Source: Chthonomonadales bacterium (lineage in GTDB: Bacteria; Armatimonadota; Chthonomonadetes; Chthonomonadales; CAJBBX01). From it: a stretch of DNA of 64,000 bases. The position numbers and the translations under genes were made by a program. Under the pieces are notes generated by a model that had not been told where the DNA came from, did no database searches, and was given only the letters and a program-made list of their open reading frames with translations. Below are positions 19,365 through 28,785 of this stretch, piece by piece. Where the stretch lies: contig JBBIPC010000003.1 of the NCBI GenBank assembly GCA_037443035.1, forward strand, positions 90,951 to 154,950, written 5' to 3'. The stretch's first letter is position 1; each line of letters opens with the position of its first letter.

Positions 19365-19985
19365 ATGGGTACCGCAGTAACAATCGAGGTCTTGCGTCAG
19401 CACCTGGAGGATTTCGGCTGGTCCCGCTACCGGGTGACGCCGGAACCTGGCGAACAAGAAGGACTCATTTTCACGGGCTACATCGGCGAACTCGATCGCC
19501 TTCCGCACACGGTCATCATTGACCCCATGGTGGAGAAGGGTGTGCTCCGGATTTTCTCCCCAGACGTGGCCGTCGCGCCAGTGGACAAGACGGACCCGGA
19601 CAGGCTACATGAACTCGTCTACACCGTAGCTGCGCTGAATACCCGGTCGGTGCTCGCTTCCTTCGGCTACGATCCGAGCGACGGAGAGGTCTCGATCGCC
19701 GTGGCCATGCCCATCGAAGAGAACGACATCAGCTTCGAGCAATTCAAGCGGGCCATGGAGGCTGTAATCTGGGGCATTGGCACGTACGGCAGAGGCTTGC
19801 GCGGTATTGTAGATGGCACTGCCAAGGCCAAGGATGTGCTCAGCATTGGCCAAACCGGCCCATCGCCGGCCGAACTGGAAGTGCTCAGGCAGCTCCTGGA
19901 GGCGCTTGGGGAGAGACTGGCGGAGCGTCGAGTATCCCCATCGGACGAGGACGACAGCGAGGAGGAACAACCGTCCAGGTCCTGA
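19365..19985 (+). CDS. YbjN-like (T3SS-chaperone fold) protein
   Basis: GGAGG RBS; pattern ..LNTRSVLASFGYDPSDGEV.. resembling YbjN domains; acidic tail. Confidence 0.55.
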   Translation: MGTAVTIEVLRQHLEDFGWSRYRVTPEPGEQEGLIFTGYIGELDRLPHTVIIDPMVEKGVLRIFSPDVAVAPVDKTDPDRLHELVYTVAALNTRSVLASFGYDPSDGEVSIAVAMPIEENDISFEQFKRAMEAVIWGIGTYGRGLRGIVDGTAKAKDVLSIGQTGPSPAELEVLRQLLEALGERLAERRVSPSDEDDSEEEQPSRS

Positions 19986-20069
19986 GACTGGTGCCGTCCG
20001 GCATTACATGGCCAGGGGGCACGGTGGTCGTTCCATCCGCCGCTACTGGCGGCGCGGTTCCGGCGGTCC

Positions 20070-20150
20070 ATGGTGACCACGCAGCCACGGCGGTACATGG
20101 CGACTGGGTCGCCCAGGCGGCAAATGGTTACGACGGCGCCCAGGCGGTTG
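20070..20150 (+). repeat. Three degenerate 27-bp tandem repeats
   Basis: Units start with ATGG at 20070, 20097 and 20124, each with CC(A/C)(C/A)GGCGG near the end. Confidence 0.65.
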
Positions 20151-20186
20151 AGTAGTCCCGATAGCCATCGGGACTACTCAATCGCC
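20143..20186. repeat. 20-bp-stem palindrome (REP-like or bidirectional terminator)
   Basis: GGCGGTTGAGTAGTCCCGAT-agcc-ATCGGGACTACTCAATCGCC: 19 Watson-Crick pairs plus 1 G-T. Confidence 0.8.
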
Positions 20187-20381
20187 GGCGGGGTGCACCG
20201 CCGTGCCCTGTGGCGCAGGAACAACCTGCGGCTACACGGCCTTCGGCCGTAAGGCATCAGGACATACCCTTCGCACCCAAGGACGCGCAGCGTGTAGCCG
20301 CCGCTGCTGGCGGCGGCACGCACGATGATGGGTTGCCGCCGAGGTCTCCTGACCGCATGGACGCAACGAGGTGCGGCCGGC

Positions 20382-23363
20382 TCAGTGAGTGTACTTGGCT
20401 AGTCCCTGGACGAGCCTGGTCACTGTATCCCGGTACAGAGCGTCGGCAGCCTGGTCGGTGGCAGGCGGCAGGGCTGGCAATCTGCCACTGGCCTTGAGGC
20501 TCTGCCGCATTCCGGCGGCGGCGGCGCATTCGAGCGCCAGGCGAATGTGGGCTGCCTCGGTGGTATCGCCGAAACCCGCGCTGACAAGCGACGCCAGACG
20601 CTCCCGCAGCGAACCCACTGCTTCGCGCAGATCGTCCGGCGCTGCACCCTCGAGGGCTGGAACAGGATCGGGTCCATAGGCGAGGAAATCCTGGTCGGGC
20701 ACGGTACCTCCCATGCCAATGACAATCCTCGCGTCGTCGGGCAAAGCGCCCTCGCTGAGGGTGATGAACGTGCGAGAATGGCGTCGCCAGCGTTTTCCGT
20801 TGATCCAGACACCTGTCACAGGTCCTTGCCCCACGGTCGCCAGCCAGAGCCGCTTGCGGCCGAACCGGATCGGAAAGCGCTGCTCCATCTGCAAGATCGA
20901 GGGCGGCACGTGCGGAATCAGCGTAAGGGTATCTGCCCGATACACGTACTCGAATAGCCCCCTGATCATAGCGGCCGGCGGCCCGAATGCGTCGTACGTG
21001 AGGTTCAACGGCTCGCCGGGCTGGTAGACACTGTTGCCGCACTCGGTCAGTGGGTTGTCCATCCGAAAACGCCTGGCGAAGGTGAGGAGTTTCTCCATGG
21101 ATCGGCGCGCATCACTCCACCAGCCCATCCGGTAATACGCCAGTATCATCCGAGCCTCGCACGTGGACCAGTGCCCTCCGTTCACCCACGTACCAAAGGT
21201 CCACAGCCCTTCGGGCCGTTCGTACATGTCGTCATAGGACGGATAGTTCGGCAGGATAAAGGCATGGGGACGGAGCCCAGGGATGCTGGCAATCTTCGAC
21301 AGTATCCGCCTCGCGAGGGCGTCGTCCACAACGCGTAGGCAAACGGCGTCGTGGTTGGGCGAGGTCTCGAGATAGCCGTGCTTGTCAGCGCCATAGACTC
21401 CGTGACGCACGCCATCGGGATCGACCGAGCGTACGAAGTAGCCCTCAGGTTCGAGGAGCGCTGCAAGCCCTCGTTTGCTCGCTACGCGCCGACGCTCGTA
21501 TAGCGCTGCCTGTTGCTTCCTGCCCGCGAGCTTCTCTAGCTCGATGAGCCGATCCAGAGCAGCGATGGTGGTAATGGAGAGGCCCGAGAGGTAGGCCATG
21601 CCGTACGTGCCGTCGGGCTTCCTCCACCCGGAATAGCTCGGCGCCAGCAGGTTTCCAGCCGGGCCTGCGAGGTACAGATTGTTCTTCGGATCTCGACGTG
21701 ATTCGAGGAAGTTCGCCGTTCGCTCCAGCTTAGGGAGGTAGCTGGCGATCGCGCCCGCATCCCTGCTGATCAACAGAAGCTCGGCCTGCATGAGCAGCCC
21801 GGCGGCAGCGAACTCCACGCCCCAGTCGTGTAGTTCCACCCGCCCATCTCCCTGCTTGGCAATGAACATGCCTGGAGCCGCGGCGTCACACAGCGCGCCG
21901 TCGGGAGGGACCCACCGGAACTCTCGGAAAGGACGGAGGGTCTTCCCATCTCCCATCTGGTCGAACCAGAGGTCCTGGGAGTTCTGAAGAAAGGACGTCA
22001 GTGGCTCCGTCAAGAACGGCAGCGCGGCGTACGTTGTGCCGTAGCTATTCTGGATCCACCACGCGTTCCACGTCGGCCCTTCCACGAACCCGTTCCATGC
22101 TGGCGTGTACAGCATAGGCAGGTTCTGATACTCGGCGTCCGGCGAGAACATCCGCCGGGCGATGTCCAGCAGCTGCAAGTACTCGACATCGCCCCTGCCT
22201 TTGAAGAATCTTCCTGCGAACGATGGTGCGCCCTGCAATGGTCTGTCCCTTCGCTCTCTCCACATGCGTTCTAGCGCATCGATCCTAGCGGTTCCCTCGC
22301 CGATGGTCGGGCATAGCCAGCCCCCTTCGTCATGCTCATTCCAGGCGTAGATCAGCATGACGCGAGCGGGACACGCAGATGGATTCGCCACGACCCAGTC
22401 GGCGGCTTCCCGGACGTGAGCAGCGAGTTCCTGGGGCGTTGGAGCCGCGTAGTAGCGGTGCATTCCTTCGCCTGCCTTCTGCCATGGTTCCCAGGGATGG
22501 GGGCGCTCGATGCGCGGACGTCTGTCCCAACCCGCCATGGCAGTAGGTACGACCTGGACCCCCAGGTAGCGCGCCTCGTTCCAGAATCGCCTCGCCACGT
22601 CGCGAAGCTCCTGGTAAGTGCTCTCGTTGCCGCCATTGCCCGGGATCGCGTAGGCACTGATGGCGTCTGCACCGATGGTCTCGGCAAGCTGGCGCGCACG
22701 CTGAGGCGTGAAATCCATCAGGACGATGTACGGATCGCCCGCACCTGCCTTCCGGACTTCCTCGCGAAAACCCTGCCACAGCTTACGCGCCTGCTCCGGC
22801 CCGCCCCATGCTTCGATATGGGCATCCTGAACAAAGCCGAGAAAGAAGAGCGGTCTGCGTCCAGCCACCCTGCAGTAGTTCGGCTCTCGCATCAGTCTGA
22901 CAAACCGCTGCATCCGCTCATGGAACGCCGTTGCGTTCCCAGCGCGACCGGCCTCCAGGATCATGGCGAAGCGAATGTCTTTCCGATGCCTGCTGGACAG
23001 GTGGAGCTTCAGCGCATCGGAAAGGGGATCCTCCGGATCGTAAGCAACGTACGCCCAATAGTCTATGCCCGCCCGCTTGGCTTCGGCAATCTCGCGATCC
23101 ACAATCGCCTGGGTGTACGGACCTATTTCGATGCGTTCGTCCGATAGGATGCGCGCGAAGAACGGAGCCCTGTGCTGGTAACGCTTGGGACTCAAGCATT
23201 CCTCGAGAACTTTCGCCACGATGCCACGGGAGCTGCCATACCACCCGTCCCAACGTATGGCGCCGACCAACGGCTTCTCCATGGCCCCAGCGCACGGGAC
23301 CGACATGATGACACCAGCCATAGCGAACAGCAATGCTTCGATACGAAGGATCATGGGAACCAC
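20382..23363 (-). CDS. Secreted two-domain glycoside hydrolase: GH99/GH71-like TIM barrel fused to an (alpha/alpha)6-type domain
   Basis: Signal peptide; N-half WDGWY, AKRAGIDYW, AGWDRRPR, YAWNEHDEGG; C-half aromatic-rich with NGGHW and YYRMG. Confidence 0.65.
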   Translation of the reverse strand: MVPMILRIEALLFAMAGVIMSVPCAGAMEKPLVGAIRWDGWYGSSRGIVAKVLEECLSPKRYQHRAPFFARILSDERIEIGPYTQAIVDREIAEAKRAGIDYWAYVAYDPEDPLSDALKLHLSSRHRKDIRFAMILEAGRAGNATAFHERMQRFVRLMREPNYCRVAGRRPLFFLGFVQDAHIEAWGGPEQARKLWQGFREEVRKAGAGDPYIVLMDFTPQRARQLAETIGADAISAYAIPGNGGNESTYQELRDVARRFWNEARYLGVQVVPTAMAGWDRRPRIERPHPWEPWQKAGEGMHRYYAAPTPQELAAHVREAADWVVANPSACPARVMLIYAWNEHDEGGWLCPTIGEGTARIDALERMWRERRDRPLQGAPSFAGRFFKGRGDVEYLQLLDIARRMFSPDAEYQNLPMLYTPAWNGFVEGPTWNAWWIQNSYGTTYAALPFLTEPLTSFLQNSQDLWFDQMGDGKTLRPFREFRWVPPDGALCDAAAPGMFIAKQGDGRVELHDWGVEFAAAGLLMQAELLLISRDAGAIASYLPKLERTANFLESRRDPKNNLYLAGPAGNLLAPSYSGWRKPDGTYGMAYLSGLSITTIAALDRLIELEKLAGRKQQAALYERRRVASKRGLAALLEPEGYFVRSVDPDGVRHGVYGADKHGYLETSPNHDAVCLRVVDDALARRILSKIASIPGLRPHAFILPNYPSYDDMYERPEGLWTFGTWVNGGHWSTCEARMILAYYRMGWWSDARRSMEKLLTFARRFRMDNPLTECGNSVYQPGEPLNLTYDAFGPPAAMIRGLFEYVYRADTLTLIPHVPPSILQMEQRFPIRFGRKRLWLATVGQGPVTGVWINGKRWRRHSRTFITLSEGALPDDARIVIGMGGTVPDQDFLAYGPDPVPALEGAAPDDLREAVGSLRERLASLVSAGFGDTTEAAHIRLALECAAAAGMRQSLKASGRLPALPPATDQAADALYRDTVTRLVQGLAKYTH

Positions 23364-23470
23364 TCCCCTGAAGTCAGTGTCCGCTCATGCAGAAGGATCA
23401 CGGGCTGTCTTGACGGGAACATCCGTCCTATCCGTGGTGGTAGGATAACCCATACGAGGGAGCAATCTGT

Positions 23471-24757
23471 ATGGACACGAACAAGAAACTCACGCGTCGC
23501 GAACTGGTCGGTCACAGTGCCCGTCTGGCCATTCCCACCATCCTGCCGTCCGGCATCATTCCCATGCCTGGTAGACAGAGCCCGAACGACCGCATCGAGG
23601 TCGGCGTCATCGGCACCGGAGGCATGGGTCAGAACCACGTCACTCCCGATACCGTTGCCATCTGCGATGTGGACGACAACCACCTGGCCAACGCCCGCAA
23701 GCGCATCACACGAGGTGAGCCTTTCACGACGAAGGACTTCCGGCGCCTCCTGGAGCGCAAGGATGTGGATGCCGTCATCATCGCAACGCCGGACCACTGG
23801 CACGCTCTGATGACGATCATGGCCTGCCAGGCTGGCAAGCATGTAATGAGCGAGAAACCCACGGCCCGGACCATCGCCGAAGGACGCGCCATGGTCAAGG
23901 CCGCGCGCAAGTACAACCGTGTCGTCCAGATCCACGCTCAGGGCCGGTCCAATCCAAATGCCCATCTCGCGTGCCAGTTCGTTCGCAATGGTGGTATCGG
24001 CAGAATCCGACGGGTGGACGTCTGGCATCCCGTCAACTTCAGCACGACGAGCTGGGGCGAGCCGCAGCCTGTCCCCTCCACGCTGGACTGGGACATGTGG
24101 CTTGGGCCGCTGCGCTGGATGCCCTACCATCCCGAGCGGTGCCACTTCAACTTCCGCTGGCTCATGGACTCCGGAGGCGGGTTCATACGCGACCGAGGCA
24201 ATCACGCACTGAGTATCGTCTCATGGCTCACCGACAACGACAACTACAAGGGGATCGTCACCTGCGAAGCAACCGGCAAGCGGCATCTGACCGGCTTCTT
24301 CGATGTACCCGCGACCATGGACGTGACCTGGCAATTCCGAAACCCGGATTGGACCCTAACATGGAGCCAGCCAGGCAAGCCCAACCCGCGATTCCCGGGC
24401 GATTGGGGGGCTACGTACACGGGCGATAGGGATGACCTGGTAGTCCTCGGTGGCGATGGCGGCTGCGATACGGAGAAGAAGGCGAAGGACTTCGTGGTCC
24501 CTTCTGGCGGCATCGAGATCTACCGCAGCCCCGGACACCGCGAGAACTGGCTGGAATGCATCCGCACGGGAAAGAGGCCTGTCATGGACGTGGAAATCGG
24601 ACACCACGTCGTGACTCTGTGTATTCTGGGCAACATCGCCTGGCGTCTCGGGCGCAAGGTGACGTTCGACTTCGCTACAGAGCGGTTCATCGGCGACGAA
24701 GAGGCGAACCGGCTCATTGACGAGCCCTACCGGCCCCCGTGGAAGCTCGAGGTATGA
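23471..24757 (+). CDS. Tat-exported Gfo/Idh/MocA oxidoreductase
   Basis: TRRELV twin-arginine, IGTGGMG, ATPDHWH, SEKP, LDWDMWLGP. Confidence 0.9.
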   Translation: MDTNKKLTRRELVGHSARLAIPTILPSGIIPMPGRQSPNDRIEVGVIGTGGMGQNHVTPDTVAICDVDDNHLANARKRITRGEPFTTKDFRRLLERKDVDAVIIATPDHWHALMTIMACQAGKHVMSEKPTARTIAEGRAMVKAARKYNRVVQIHAQGRSNPNAHLACQFVRNGGIGRIRRVDVWHPVNFSTTSWGEPQPVPSTLDWDMWLGPLRWMPYHPERCHFNFRWLMDSGGGFIRDRGNHALSIVSWLTDNDNYKGIVTCEATGKRHLTGFFDVPATMDVTWQFRNPDWTLTWSQPGKPNPRFPGDWGATYTGDRDDLVVLGGDGGCDTEKKAKDFVVPSGGIEIYRSPGHRENWLECIRTGKRPVMDVEIGHHVVTLCILGNIAWRLGRKVTFDFATERFIGDEEANRLIDEPYRPPWKLEV

Positions 24758-24768
24758 GGAGACCGAAG

Positions 24769-25239
24769 ATGATAGCGTTCATTCCTGCCTTGCTAGCCCA
24801 ACGGCCGACTGCTGCGACACTGCTGGCCGATATCCAGAGCGGAGATATCGAGATCCGGCAGCGAGCCGTCGAACAGGCTCCACTCGTCGGTACGCCCATC
24901 ATCGTTCCCCTAGGGCAGGTCATGGCAGGTACCGACCCTGCGGCCGCCAAAGCCGCTCTGGAAGCGCTACGGTGCGTTGCCCACCACGCAGCTCGTCCGG
25001 GTGCAACTGCCGAGCGCAGGAATGCTTCTCGGGAGTTGGTGAAGCTGACCCGCTCGTCGTTCCCGCGGCATGTACGCGTGGAGGCTCTCTACCTGCTGGG
25101 GTGCCTCGCAGGTTCCGAGGCAGTGCCTGCTATGGCCGCGCTCCTGCAAGACAAGGAGATTGGCGTGGAGGCTCGCATAGCGCTCGAGCGCGTCCCTGGC
25201 ACTGCAGCACGCAGAGCACTCCAGAAGGCTCGAAGATGA
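24769..25239 (+). CDS. Short HEAT-repeat protein
   Basis: GAGGAG RBS (alternative start 24754 overlaps the upstream stop); HEAT units ALYLLG, ARIALERVPG. Confidence 0.7.
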   Translation: MIAFIPALLAQRPTAATLLADIQSGDIEIRQRAVEQAPLVGTPIIVPLGQVMAGTDPAAAKAALEALRCVAHHAARPGATAERRNASRELVKLTRSSFPRHVRVEALYLLGCLAGSEAVPAMAALLQDKEIGVEARIALERVPGTAARRALQKARR

Positions 25240-25254
25240 CGCAGTTCCACAGCC

Positions 25255-26097
25255 TCACAGGATAATCGTCCGGTTGTTCCAGATAAACACTCGGTCGTCG
25301 AGAACGAGCTGGAGCGCAGCGGCAAGAACGGTGCGCTCGACGTCGCGGCCGACTCGGACAAGATCTCGCACCGTGTAGGTGTGGTCCACGGGCAGGACGT
25401 TCTGGGCGACAATCGGTCCCTCGTCGAGCTGAGCTGTCACGAAGTGCGCGGTCGCTCCGATGATCTTGACTCCTCGTTCGAACGCCTTGCGGTAGGGGTG
25501 TGCGCCAGCAAACGCCGGTAGGAACGAGTGGTGGATGTTCACGATGCGATGCCGGTACCGCTCCACGAACTCCGGACTGAGAATACGCATGTAACGCGCC
25601 AGGACGAGGTAATCGGGTCGTAGAGGACGTAGGACTTCGAGTATCCGTTCCTCATGTTGCTCACGTGTGAGTCCATCGTGGGGGACGTACACGAACGGTA
25701 CACCGAATCGTTCGACCAGACCCTGCAGCGTGGCATGGTTCGAGATCACGGCAGCGATGCGGGCATTCAGCTCCCCGAAGTCGTGCCGCAAGAGGAGATC
25801 TCCGACGCAGTGGTATTCCTTGGATGCGAGGATCGCGAGAACGCGCGGCCGCCTGGCGACGAGCCGTATCTGAGCCGCAACCGGCAGGCGCTCGGCCAGC
25901 CGCCGGCTCAACTCCCGCGGATCGCCGCTCCCCTCGAATACTGTGCGCATGAAGAACCGACCCGTGGCGGAATCCACGAACTCGGCGTTGGAGGTGATGT
26001 TGAACCCGGCGCGAAAGACGACGCCCGTGATCTCATGGACGAGACCTGGCCGGTCTGGACAGTGGACGAGAAGAATTCGAGCCGATCCTGTGGCCAC
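25255..26097 (-). CDS. purU: Formyltetrahydrofolate deformylase
   Basis: ACT domain CPDRPGLV, SKEYHC, VISNH, LARYMRIL, NIHHSFLPAF, GVKIIGATAH. Confidence 0.95.
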   Translation of the reverse strand: MATGSARILLVHCPDRPGLVHEITGVVFRAGFNITSNAEFVDSATGRFFMRTVFEGSGDPRELSRRLAERLPVAAQIRLVARRPRVLAILASKEYHCVGDLLLRHDFGELNARIAAVISNHATLQGLVERFGVPFVYVPHDGLTREQHEERILEVLRPLRPDYLVLARYMRILSPEFVERYRHRIVNIHHSFLPAFAGAHPYRKAFERGVKIIGATAHFVTAQLDEGPIVAQNVLPVDHTYTVRDLVRVGRDVERTVLAAALQLVLDDRVFIWNNRTIIL

Positions 26098-26254
26098 GAT
26101 GGCTCTATCTTAGCGCAAAGTCCCCGCCTGATGCCTTACCCCGACACGTCGCTTACGGTGACGCACAAGTCACACCCACGATGCATCGCGCCTTCGACAC
26201 CCGCGTCCTGCCTGTAGGGGTTGGGCCCATCCCTCGTGCGGGATTTGTCTCTCA

Positions 26255-26276
26255 GCCCGACGATTCATCGCCGAGC
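26255..26276. repeat. REP-like imperfect palindrome
   Basis: GCCCGACGATTCATCGCCGAGC. Confidence 0.4.
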
Positions 26277-26362
26277 GCCCCTGAGCTGTGAGCACTGGGG
26301 CTAGCGTGCGTTGCGTTTCGGTACCGGTGCGAGGCTGCCAGGATACAAGTCCAGAGCGCCGG

Positions 26363-26393
26363 ATCCAGAGCGGGCGCCAGGCCCGCTCTGGAT
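26363..26393 (-). terminator. Hairpin downstream of the pilin-like/lipoprotein cassette
   Basis: ATCCAGAGCGGGC-gccag-GCCCGCTCTGGAT perfect 13-bp stem. Confidence 0.65.
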
Positions 26394-26414
26394 GGGGTTG
26401 CGGCTCGCCGACCG

Positions 26415-26651
26415 CTACTTGCCCTGCTTCTGGGCGAACTTCTCGGATTGCTCCAGCTCTTTGCGAAGAAGCCCCAGGACCATGGCCTTCACGTTGGCCG
26501 GCATCTTCGGGTCTTTCTGTACCTTCTCGATCTCGGCTTTAACCTGATCGGGTGTCTTCACCTTCGGTGCGGGTTCCCGCGAGCAACCGAAGAGAAGTGC
26601 ACACGCGGCCAGAGCCAAGAGCGCCGTCAGCAGGCGCAGGATGCCCAGCAT
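26415..26651 (-). CDS. Small lipoprotein (78 aa)
   Basis: MLGILRLLTALLALAACALLFG-C lipobox; charged helical mature part. Confidence 0.75.
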   Translation of the reverse strand: MLGILRLLTALLALAACALLFGCSREPAPKVKTPDQVKAEIEKVQKDPKMPANVKAMVLGLLRKELEQSEKFAQKQGK

Positions 26652-26677
26652 GCGTCGGCGATGAGGCGTCACCGGAC

Positions 26678-27520
26678 TTACGGCTGCTGCCCGCGGCATG
26701 GGGAGTCCCAGCTCGGATCGTAGAGCCAATCCTGCGGCCCGCTGTCGTACCACTTGATCATGCCAGGGAACAGGACGTTGCGACAGTAGTTGAGCTGGCC
26801 CTTGACCATGGCCTTGGCATGGCCGTCGCCGAAGACCATGTTGGCCGACTGCGTATGCCGGTAGCGAGGCAGGTAGGTATTGCACTGAGGCCATCCGGCG
26901 GCATCGCAGTTGGGGCTGGAGCCGTCGGCCTCGAACTTGGCACCCGAGTTGGGACCGGTGAAGATAGGCGGCCATGTGGCGCCACCATGCCACCAGAAGT
27001 CCTCGGTCATGCCCTCGAGGCTCCCGTTGCCGTCGGTGCCGGTTCCCACTTCCGTGACAAGGACGATCTCAGCCGGACGATTGAGATTGGCCAGACCGAC
27101 AGCCCCCCAGAAATTGCCGTTGGCCATGGTGGGATAGTGGATGATGCCCGAGTGGGCGCCGTAGATCCTCTTGGCGTTGGCTCTGCTGGGACAACTGAAC
27201 AGACCGCCGACCACGGTGCCATCTCCAACGGTTACCGAGCCGAGGCTACCGTTCTTGATGTAAGGCAGGATGGCCATGCGCCAGTCGGTACGACTGCCGT
27301 CGGGGTTCAGGATGGCGGCATAGGGGAAGAGCTCATCGTAGTCCTGTACATACATCATGATGGCCGTACCCATCTGCTTCATGTTGGACAGGCACGAGAT
27401 CGCTCGAGCCTTCTCCCTTGCTTGGGCGAAGACAGGGAACAGGATCGCCGCCAGGATCGCGATGATCGCGATCACAACGAGCAGTTCGATCAGGGTGAAG
27501 CCCGACCGTGTTGACTTCAT
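26678..27520 (-). CDS. Prepilin-type N-methylation / H-X9-DG (DUF1559-like) protein
   Basis: [16 protein letters not shown]...[21 protein letters not shown]-terminal [25 protein letters not shown]. Confidence 0.92.
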   Translation of the reverse strand: MKSTRSGFTLIELLVVIAIIAILAAILFPVFAQAREKARAISCLSNMKQMGTAIMMYVQDYDELFPYAAILNPDGSRTDWRMAILPYIKNGSLGSVTVGDGTVVGGLFSCPSRANAKRIYGAHSGIIHYPTMANGNFWGAVGLANLNRPAEIVLVTEVGTGTDGNGSLEGMTEDFWWHGGATWPPIFTGPNSGAKFEADGSSPNCDAAGWPQCNTYLPRYRHTQSANMVFGDGHAKAMVKGQLNYCRNVLFPGMIKWYDSGPQDWLYDPSWDSPCRGQQP

Positions 27521-27593
27521 TGTCTTGCTCCTTTCGTGGTGTGGAATGCCGATTGATGTCGGCACCGGTGGTGGGATGGGTGTAGTACGCCTC

Positions 27594-27609
27594 GCGCATT
27601 CGAACGCAT
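27594..27609. promoter_or_regulatory. Putative second operator for the adjacent LacI regulator
   Basis: GCGCATTCGAACGCAT, 12/16 identical to the palindrome at 28743-28758. Confidence 0.5.
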
Positions 27610-27740
27610 AAAAGGCCAAAGAGGAGGGTGTGAGAGGGTGTTCGAGACTGTTGATGACTCTAGAGAGCGCCCGCCGTCCCGGAAGGATAGTCCGAGAGCG
27701 GTTGGCGCGCCGCCCACTGGAGTTGCGCTTGGCCGAGCGG

Positions 27741-28730
27741 TCATGTGGTCTCTCCCACGCGAAACTCCACGGGCATGACCGTGACCGGTGGCACGTCTTC
27801 GCCGGCCATGAGCGCCTGCAGCGTCTCCACGGCCTTGCGCGATACCTCGGGCCAGTGTGCCAGTGTCGTGCTGAGGCACTTGGGGGTTATACGTGGGTCC
27901 AGGAGGCCGTCGAACCCCACGACTGCCAAATCCTCGGGTACGCGTATGCCGGTATGACGGCAAGCGAACATGAGATTCAATGCGGTGATATCGTTCCAGC
28001 AGCAGACGGCAGTGGGTGGAGCGGACATCCCGCGGATGGTCTCCAGGATTGGGCTGGCTTCTTCGTAACTGACGCGAAGGACAACCGGAGCGATCCCTCG
28101 CCGTCGGACCTCTTCGACGAATGTCTCCTCACGCAGGCGGGCGGATGCCAAGGGAGCCTCCGGCGCGATGAATGCCACGTTGCGGTGCCCTCGCTGATCC
28201 ACAAGATGGGCGACCGCGCCCCGCATGCCGGCCGCATCATCGCAGACCACCGTGGGAATGCCCGGCAGCGCGTCGGCAACAGCGACCACTGGCAGATGGG
28301 ACTGCCGCAACATGTCCACCAGCGGATCCTGAGGACTGGCGTGGAGCACCAGACCATCCAGCCGACCACACATCAGCTCCGCGAAACGCTCTTCGGCCGG
28401 CGTCTCCGGTGGGAAGTTGTGGAGGAGCAGGAACAGGCCCGTGCGACAGCACGTGTTCTGGAGGCTACCAATGATCTCTGCCAGGAACGCGTTGCGCGCA
28501 TCCAGGTTCCCATTGCTGCTGCAGAATCCGATGACACGGGTCCGACGCTCGCGCAGCGACCGAGCCACCGCATGAGGGCGGTAGCCCATGCGCGCTGCCT
28601 CCTCCAGAATCCGCTTTCGCGTCTCCTGGTTGTAGGTGTATCCCTCCGCATCGCTAAGCACGCGGGAAACGGTGGACTGAGACACGCCCAGCCGCCGCGC
28701 GATCTCCCGGGCTGTCACCTTCTTCGTCAT
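27741..28730 (-). CDS. LacI-family transcriptional regulator
   Basis: [35 protein letters not shown] hinge, CWND, VVGFDG. Confidence 0.95.
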   Translation of the reverse strand: MTKKVTAREIARRLGVSQSTVSRVLSDAEGYTYNQETRKRILEEAARMGYRPHAVARSLRERRTRVIGFCSSNGNLDARNAFLAEIIGSLQNTCCRTGLFLLLHNFPPETPAEERFAELMCGRLDGLVLHASPQDPLVDMLRQSHLPVVAVADALPGIPTVVCDDAAGMRGAVAHLVDQRGHRNVAFIAPEAPLASARLREETFVEEVRRRGIAPVVLRVSYEEASPILETIRGMSAPPTAVCCWNDITALNLMFACRHTGIRVPEDLAVVGFDGLLDPRITPKCLSTTLAHWPEVSRKAVETLQALMAGEDVPPVTVMPVEFRVGETT

Positions 28731-28742
28731 GTCACGACCTCG

Positions 28743-28785
28743 ATGCATACGAATGCATTGTACACACCTGTGACGTCTGTGTCAA
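28743..28785 (-). promoter_or_regulatory. Sigma70 promoter with overlapping LacI-type operator
   Basis: TTGACA (28785-28780)-17 nt-TACAAT (28762-28757); palindrome ATGCATACGAATGCAT at 28743-28758. Confidence 0.8.

Noticed and set aside
20070..20186. CRISPR array
   Set aside because: Units are degenerate and contiguous with no spacers; no cas genes are in the window.
26098..26410. ZTP or THF riboswitch upstream of purU
   Set aside because: I could not find the conserved ZTP elements (GACUG...CGCCUGG) on the minus strand.
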